DNA of 63,518 nucleotides, filler included, from It is 5 parts of 5 records of this genome, joined end to end, with 100 filler letters (N's around TTAATTAATTAA, not from the genome) between each part and the next. Parts side by side here need not be neighbours in the genome. Positions count along the whole stretch, not along the records: positions 55,341 to 63,518 come from DRR723986_8724; 4 more parts are not named here. One strand, 5' to 3'. Shown piece by piece: positions 57,563 to 63,518 of this stretch (position 1 is its first letter; each line of letters starts with the position of its first letter). The notes under the pieces were generated by a model. It saw only the letters and a program-made list of their open reading frames with translations, ran no database searches and was not told where the DNA came from. The position numbers and the translations under genes were made by a program.

Positions 57563-58987
57563 TTAAGCGCTATAATATAGGTCGAACTCAACAGGATGCG
57601 GCGTAAGCTCAAGGGCGTTCACATCTTCCATTTTCAGGTCAATGTAAGCGTCGATTTGATCGTCTGAGAATACATCACCGCGTTTGAGGAACTCTCGGTC
57701 TGCATCTAGGCTTTCCAGTGCTTCGCGTAGAGATCCTGCCACTGTTGGTACACCTTTTAGTTCTTCTGGAGGCAAAGAATATAGGTCTTTGTCCATGGCA
57801 TCACCGGGATGGATTTTATTCTCAATACCGTCAAGGCCAGCCATAAGCATGGCCGCAAAGGCATAGTAAGGGTTAGCAAGCGCGTCAGGGAATCGTACTT
57901 CAACGCGCTTTGCATTTGGGCTCGCCGTATATGGAATGCGGCATGATGCAGACCGATTTCGGCTTGAATAAGCTAGCAAAACCGGCGCTTCAAAGCCCGG
58001 TGTAAGGCGCTTGTAACTGTTGGTGGTAGGGTTTGTGAAAGCATTAATGGCCTTCGCATGTTTGATAATGCCACCAATGTAATAAAGCGCTGTTTCAGAA
58101 AGGTCGGCATAACCGCCACCAGCAAAGGTTGGTTTACCATCTTTCCAGATAGACATGTGGGTGTGCATGCCCGAGCCATTGTCTTCAGCAACCGGCTTTG
58201 GCATGAAAGTGGCGGTTTTGCCGTATGTATGGGCGATTTGATGAGTTACATATTTGTATACCTGCACATTGTCGGCCGTATTGATTAGTGTGTCATACAT
58301 TACACCTAACTCATGCTGGCTTGCAGCCACCTCATGGTGGTGCTTGTCCATTTTCAAACCCATTTCTTTCATCACTTTGACCATCTCGCCGCGCAAATCA
58401 ACACAACTGTCAACAGGTGCTACGGGGAAGTAGCCCCCTTTAACTCTTGGGCGATGGCCATAATTGCCGCCTTCATAGTTTTTGTCTGAATTGTAGGGAC
58501 CTTCTACATCATCAATTTGATACATTGCACCTTGATAGCCGACTTTGAACTTCACATCGTCGAACACGAAAAATTCTGGCTCCGGCCCGAAATAGGCAGT
58601 GTCACCGATGCCTGTGAACTTTAAGTAAGCTTCTGCTTTTTTGGCAGTAGAGCGAGGGTCCCGGCCATAAGGCTGGCCTGTTGAGGGCTCAAGAATATCG
58701 CAGAAAATTACTAAAGTGACATCTGCGGTGAACGGGTCGAGCGTTGCCGAGTTAAGGTCTGGCATCAAGATCATATCAGATTCGTTAATTGCCTTCCAAC
58801 CAGCGATAGATGAGCCATCGAACATAATGCCATCAGTAAGCATGTCTTCGTCCACTACGTCAGCGCACATTGTGAGGTGCTGCCACTTGCCTTTAACGTC
58901 AGTGAAGCGCAGATCAACCCATTCAGCTTTGGTTTCAGCAACCAGCGCTAGAAAGCTTTCAATATTCAAGCCAGTATGTTTAGTCAT
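57563..58987 (-). CDS. glnA: Glutamine synthetase type I
   Basis: [48 protein letters not shown] adenylylation region. Confidence 0.98.
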   Translation of the reverse strand: MTKHTGLNIESFLALVAETKAEWVDLRFTDVKGKWQHLTMCADVVDEDMLTDGIMFDGSSIAGWKAINESDMILMPDLNSATLDPFTADVTLVIFCDILEPSTGQPYGRDPRSTAKKAEAYLKFTGIGDTAYFGPEPEFFVFDDVKFKVGYQGAMYQIDDVEGPYNSDKNYEGGNYGHRPRVKGGYFPVAPVDSCVDLRGEMVKVMKEMGLKMDKHHHEVAASQHELGVMYDTLINTADNVQVYKYVTHQIAHTYGKTATFMPKPVAEDNGSGMHTHMSIWKDGKPTFAGGGYADLSETALYYIGGIIKHAKAINAFTNPTTNSYKRLTPGFEAPVLLAYSSRNRSASCRIPYTASPNAKRVEVRFPDALANPYYAFAAMLMAGLDGIENKIHPGDAMDKDLYSLPPEELKGVPTVAGSLREALESLDADREFLKRGDVFSDDQIDAYIDLKMEDVNALELTPHPVEFDLYYSA

Positions 58988-59044
58988 CTAATAATTCCCT
59001 TGGTGATAATTTGGTTCGATACAGTTATGCTTATGTGAAAAGCA

Positions 59045-59395
<351 letters not shown>

Positions 59396-59418
59396 TTATT
59401 ATTTTATAAGTGCTGCAT

Positions 59419-59434
59419 AGCATAAGGCGTGCCA
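59419..59434 (-). promoter_or_regulatory. Sigma-54 promoter of glnB-glnA
   Basis: Minus strand TGGCACGCCTTATGCT (GG-N10-GC). Confidence 0.85.
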
Positions 59435-59508
59435 ATTGGATTATTTGTCAGAAGCGTAGAATTTACGGGGTCTTAACGATGATCAGAACAAGACCCATGT
59501 GGCTTTTA

Positions 59509-59525
59509 TGCACATTTTTTGTGCA
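59509..59525. promoter_or_regulatory. NtrC binding site
   Basis: TGCAC-ATTTTTT-GTGCA (TGCAC-N7-GTGCA) about 80 bp upstream of the sigma-54 promoter. Confidence 0.8.
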
Positions 59526-59647
59526 GGTGGTTAAATAGCGTTCAATTATATTGTAAGAAGGCCCACAACAACTTCCTGGAAAATATCCAATTTCGCGCTT
59601 GACGCGACATCCTTAGTCGGCATAAAACGGCGCACCTTCAGATATGT

Positions 59648-59725
59648 GGCGGGTGTAGCTCAGTTGGTTAGAGCGCCAGCTTGTGGTGCTGGATGTCGCC
59701 GGTTCGAATCCGGTCACTCGCCCCA
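59648..59725 (+). tRNA. tRNA-His(GTG)
   Basis: Cloverleaf; anticodon arm CCAGC-TTGTGGT-GCTGG; GGTTCGAATCC; encoded CCA; G-1:C73. Confidence 0.97.
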
Positions 59726-59744
59726 TTCTGAAGAGTTTTTTTTG

Positions 59745-59774
59745 AAGAAGCCCCTTTCGGGGCTTTTTTCTTTT
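59745..59774 (+). terminator. tRNA-His terminator
   Basis: AAGCCCC-TTTC-GGGGCTTTTTT. Confidence 0.85.
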
Positions 59775-59847
59775 GATACACTGCCGCAATTCAAACTGAT
59801 TCTCTGGGGTACTATTATCCGAGAGAAAAGGCGTTCCGGGGGGAACT

Positions 59848-61347
59848 GTGGTACTCAATAGTCAACAAAGATCACATGTATTGCTGACAGCAAAGCAGGC
59901 GGAGACGCTGGATACTGAAGCGATTAAGCTTGGTGTTAGCGGCGAAAGCTTGATGGAGGCTGCAGGCAAGGCAGTTGCGACCACGCTTGCCGATTACATC
60001 GGTACACCGCTGGAAGCAGGTGGAACTGTTATCATTCTGTGCGGGCCAGGAAACAACGGCGGTGATGGTTTTGTTGCAGCGCGGCATTTGGAAGAGTGGG
60101 GGTACCTTGTTTCTTTGAGATGCAGTGTGCTGCCCAGCAAATTAAAAGGCGACGCCAAGCGTGCCGCAAACAACTGGCGCGGCCCGGTTGAGGCAATGTC
60201 AGATGCAGGTTTTGAAGAAGCTGCCGCGATTATTGATTGCCTTTTCGGCGTTGGACTGAACAAGCCAATTCAAGGTGACCTTGCTGATATTGTCGAAGCG
60301 GTAAATAACGCAGGTACATTTGTGCTCGCGGTTGATGTGCCTTCGGGCCTTTCTGCTGATACAGGTTTGCCGTTAGGGCCATGTGTTGAAGCAGGTGCAA
60401 CAGTAACCTTTAACCTTAAAAAAGTAGGGCACTCTATTGTTCCTGGTAGATATTTATCGGGTGGTAATAGTAATATAGTTATTGAAGATATTGGCGCGCC
60501 CGAAAAAGCATTCACAACACTCAATACGCGAGAATTTGAAAATATTCCGGGCTTTTGGGGAACAAGCTTCCCATTTTCTGGGCCGCAAAGCCATAAATAT
60601 GAACGCGGGCACATGCTCGTGTTAGGTGGTAAAGAGCCCACTTTAGGTGCCTCTCGTCTTGCTAGTTTAGCAGGCCTTCGAGTTGGTGCTGGGTTGGTAA
60701 CCTTGGCGGCACCTAGTGAAACATACCCAGTTCAAGCTTCTGCCTTGATGGATGTAATGGTGCGCCGGTTTGACAGCGCCTTTGGTTTCATGGGCATTGT
60801 GAATGACCCCCGAATAAAAGCAGTGCTTGTGGGTCCAGGCGCTGGTTTGGGTGAAAAAACCGTTGATTTGGTGAAACAAGTGGGTGCCAAGAACAAGCAA
60901 TTGGTTCTGGATGCCGATGCGCTAGCAAGTTTAGTGAACAGAGTGGACATTATTAAGGAACTGAAGGCACCTGAGGTTGTCCTTACCCCCCATGAAGGCG
61001 AGTTCGCTAAATTATTTCCTGAACTTGATTTTCACGCCGACCGTTTAAATGCCGTAAGAAAAGCCGCCAAATCAACAAAAACTATTGTTGTTTTAAAAGG
61101 TGTTAGCACTGTAGTTGCGGCACCGGATGGCCGAGTTACAATTGCAACGAATGCGCCTTCTTGGCTTTCCGTTGGCGGTACAGGCGATGTGTTGTCTGGC
61201 ATTATTTGTGGCTTGATGACCCAAGGCATGCCTGCATTTGAGGCAGCATCAGCCGGTGTTTGGCTGCACGGTGAAGCTGGCATGGCAGCTGGCAGGGGCT
61301 TGATAGCTTCAGATTTGCTGGACGTTATTCCGCGTGTTCTTCCGTAA
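59848..61347 (+). CDS. nnr: Bifunctional NAD(P)H-hydrate epimerase/dehydratase
   Basis: LMEAAG, CGPGNNGGDG, DCLFGVG, VDVPSG, HKYERG, GPG.G, LDADAL, TPHEGEF, GGTGDVL. Confidence 0.95.
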   Translation: MVLNSQQRSHVLLTAKQAETLDTEAIKLGVSGESLMEAAGKAVATTLADYIGTPLEAGGTVIILCGPGNNGGDGFVAARHLEEWGYLVSLRCSVLPSKLKGDAKRAANNWRGPVEAMSDAGFEEAAAIIDCLFGVGLNKPIQGDLADIVEAVNNAGTFVLAVDVPSGLSADTGLPLGPCVEAGATVTFNLKKVGHSIVPGRYLSGGNSNIVIEDIGAPEKAFTTLNTREFENIPGFWGTSFPFSGPQSHKYERGHMLVLGGKEPTLGASRLASLAGLRVGAGLVTLAAPSETYPVQASALMDVMVRRFDSAFGFMGIVNDPRIKAVLVGPGAGLGEKTVDLVKQVGAKNKQLVLDADALASLVNRVDIIKELKAPEVVLTPHEGEFAKLFPELDFHADRLNAVRKAAKSTKTIVVLKGVSTVVAAPDGRVTIATNAPSWLSVGGTGDVLSGIICGLMTQGMPAFEAASAGVWLHGEAGMAAGRGLIASDLLDVIPRVLP

Positions 61348-61633
61348 ATTAACCGACCGAATATCTGGTTATAGCCTCAATGCACCAGTCGCTCATTAAC
61401 CGATGCACAATGCAAAAATCAGAAGAGTACTGTGGCTTCACGTTAAAGAAATGCATATCAAGCATGATTATGAGCATAAAAACGCTTGTACTCCGCCACA
61501 TGGCTGCTATAAGCCCCCCTGAATGGCGTCAGGCTTGGATTACGCTGTAGTTTACACAAAGGTCTGACAACGCATTAAAGTTAATATGAATCGTTTGTAA
61601 ACGCTTTAGTTACTGCGGTTTGTTGTTTGGTTT

Positions 61634-61718
61634 GCGGGCGTGGCGAAATTGGTAGACGCGCTAGATTTAGGTTCTAGTTTCTTCGGAAGTGGGGGTTCAA
61701 GTCCCTTCGCCCGCACCA
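61634..61718 (+). tRNA. tRNA-Leu(TAG)
   Basis: GCGGGCG/CGCCCGC acceptor stem; anticodon arm CTAGA-TTTAGGT-TCTAG; long variable arm; encoded CCA. Confidence 0.97.
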
Positions 61719-61778
61719 AATCCCTCCAACGGTACCAATTCGTTGGAAGAGAAATAATTTAGCAAGAGAGATGAAAAG

Positions 61779-63287
61779 ATGCAGATCGAAGAATTGCAGA
61801 TAGACGGCCTGAAGCACGCATATAAAATTACTGTGCCGGCAAAAGACCTTGATGCCCGTATGGATGCAATTTTGACCGAGTTTCGCGCTACCGCGAACAT
61901 CAAAGGTTTTCGCCCTGGTAAAGCGCCCCTTTCTCTTCTTAAGCGTATGCACGGCGAGCGGGCGCAAGGCCAGCTTCTTAATGAAACAATGCAGGAAACT
62001 TCTGCAAAATTGTTTGAAGAAAAGAAACTCAAGCCTGCAATGCGCCCAGAAGTGGACATGGCTAGCGAATTTAAAGACGGTAGTGATCTGGAATACACAC
62101 TCACTGTAGAAGTTTTGCCTGAAATTGATATTTCATCTTTCAAAGCCCCTAAACTGGAGCGCTGGATTGCCGAAGTAGATGAAAAAGCTATTGATGAATT
62201 TGTTGAACGCATTGCCAGCCAGCAAAAATCATTCAAAAAAGCCGCAAAAACAGCGAAAGCTGATAACGGCGACGCAGTTCTTATTAACTACGTTGGACGC
62301 GTAGACGGTGAAGAGTTTGAAGGCGGCGCTGGCGAAGATTTCCAGTTAGAGTTAGGTTCTGGCATGTTTATTCCGGGCTTTGAAGAGCAGCTTGTGGGCG
62401 CCAAAGCTGGTGATCATAAAGTTTTGCCTGTGAACTTCCCCGAGCAATATCAAGCCGAGAATCTGGCGGGCAAAGCTGCTGAGTTTACTGTAGATGTTTT
62501 GGAAGTGCGTAAGCCTTCCGAGGCCAAAGTGGATGAAGACCTCGCAAAAAACATGGGCTTTGATGATTTGGCGACCCTTCGTTCGTCAGTCAAAGAGCAG
62601 CTTGAGGCAGATAATTCAAGTTTGACACGTGCTCATATGAAACGTGCTTTACTTGATGCGCTGGCTGATGAATATGACTTTGCCGTGCCTGCTGGCATGG
62701 TTGATCTTGAATTTCGCCAAATTTGGGAACAAATCAAGCAGGATGCCATTAATTCAGGCGAAGCTAAGGCAGAAGACTTTGAAGGTATGGAAGAACCGGC
62801 TGATAAAGATGAGGCTGATGAATTCCATTCTATTGCAGAACGCCGTGTTCGTTTAGGGTTACTGCTTTCAGAAATTGGCGTTGCCAATAAGGTCGAAGTA
62901 AATCAGGAAGAAATTAACAAGCGTGTGATTGAAGAAGCGCGGCGTTTCCCAGGTCAAGAAGCGCAAGTTTTCGAGTATTTCCAAAAGAATGAAGAAGCTC
63001 GTGCTCAGCTGCGTGCACCAATTTTTGAAGAAAAAGTTGTAGACTTCGTTCTTGAAAGTGCCGACCTGAAAGACAAAACAGTGACCCGCGATGTGCTTGA
63101 GGCGGCAGTACGTGAGCTCGACGAAGAAGAAGCAAATCCAAAAGCGAGCAAGTCAAAGAAAAAAGCACCAGCTAAAAAAGCTGCTGCAAAAAAGGCTCCT
63201 GCTAAAAAAGCAGCTGCAAAAAAGGCTCCAGCTAAAAAAGCTCCAGCTAAAAAAGCTGCTGCAAAGAAACCTGCTGCGAAAAAATAA
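61779..63287 (+). CDS. tig: Trigger factor
   Basis: KGFRPGKAP signature, FKBP domain (F.GG...LGSG.FIPGFEEQL), ERRVRLGL; Lys/Ala-rich tail. Confidence 0.97.
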   Translation: MQIEELQIDGLKHAYKITVPAKDLDARMDAILTEFRATANIKGFRPGKAPLSLLKRMHGERAQGQLLNETMQETSAKLFEEKKLKPAMRPEVDMASEFKDGSDLEYTLTVEVLPEIDISSFKAPKLERWIAEVDEKAIDEFVERIASQQKSFKKAAKTAKADNGDAVLINYVGRVDGEEFEGGAGEDFQLELGSGMFIPGFEEQLVGAKAGDHKVLPVNFPEQYQAENLAGKAAEFTVDVLEVRKPSEAKVDEDLAKNMGFDDLATLRSSVKEQLEADNSSLTRAHMKRALLDALADEYDFAVPAGMVDLEFRQIWEQIKQDAINSGEAKAEDFEGMEEPADKDEADEFHSIAERRVRLGLLLSEIGVANKVEVNQEEINKRVIEEARRFPGQEAQVFEYFQKNEEARAQLRAPIFEEKVVDFVLESADLKDKTVTRDVLEAAVRELDEEEANPKASKSKKKAPAKKAAAKKAPAKKAAAKKAPAKKAPAKKAAAKKPAAKK

Positions 63288-63318
63288 ATTGATATGTCCT
63301 AATGGGCTAATCATGAGT

Positions 63319-63350
63319 AAAAGGGAGCTTTTCGGGCTCCCTTTTATTTT
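63319..63350 (+). terminator. tig terminator
   Basis: AAAAGGGAGC...GCTCCCTTTTATTTT. Confidence 0.8.
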
Positions 63351-63493
63351 GGGCTTTAAAAATTTATTCGACGCACCAAATAATCACACCAGATAAGTTA
63401 TTCGCTTGCGACAGTTTACGCGCGTTGCTACAGCTTCTTAAACAGGCGGCGCTAGTCGCTTTTATTAGAATATTGCACCTACAGGAGTGATGC

Positions 63494-63518
63494 ATGAAAG
63501 ATATTATGAGTGAATTCA
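63494..63518 (+). CDS. Start of a gene cut by the window end, probably ClpP by tig-clpP synteny
   Basis: AGGAG RBS then ATG (MKDIMSEF); identity inferred from position only. Confidence 0.4.

Noticed and set aside
59613-59861. ORFs overlapping tRNA-His (also 61674-62236 over tRNA-Leu/tig)
   Set aside because: Spurious translations of tRNA and antisense sequence

Overview
This window is not one locus. It is five unrelated contigs joined by artificial 100-bp linkers (N44-TTAATTAATTAA-N44) at 27996-28095, 35664-35763, 45704-45803 and 55241-55340, so neighbourhoods must not be read across linkers. Contig 1 (1-27995) and contig 3 (35764-45703) look like one FCB-group (Kapabacteria/Ignavibacteria-like) genome: similar mid-GC composition, T9SS C-terminal domains, and a shared intergenic motif. 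Contig 1 carries a cytochrome c maturation cluster (ccmB, C, D, E, E-like, F) interleaved with two IgGFc-binding-domain/outer-membrane-barrel paralogs. It also has three metallopeptidases, an ECF sigma/anti-sigma pair, an AT-rich csbD-araC islet and fahA. Contig 3 has a 1743-aa T9SS multi-domain adhesin-like protein and an orphan ~1170-aa glycine-rich protein with a Tc-toxin-A-like C-terminal half. Contigs 2 and 4 are high-GC Rhodobacteraceae-like housekeeping and transport regions (mfd; purine/nucleoside ABC transporter with an inserted K+ channel). Contig 5 is a lower-GC alphaproteobacterium (parE, glnB-glnA with sigma54/NtrC sites, tRNA-His, nnr, tRNA-Leu, tig). The two best novelty candidates are (1) the orphan TcA-like protein with polyglycine segments and an inserted TULIP/BPI-like domain, and (2) a Ccm system with three CcmE-type OB domains, one fused inside CcmC. 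All calls are from motif recognition by eye; no searches were run.
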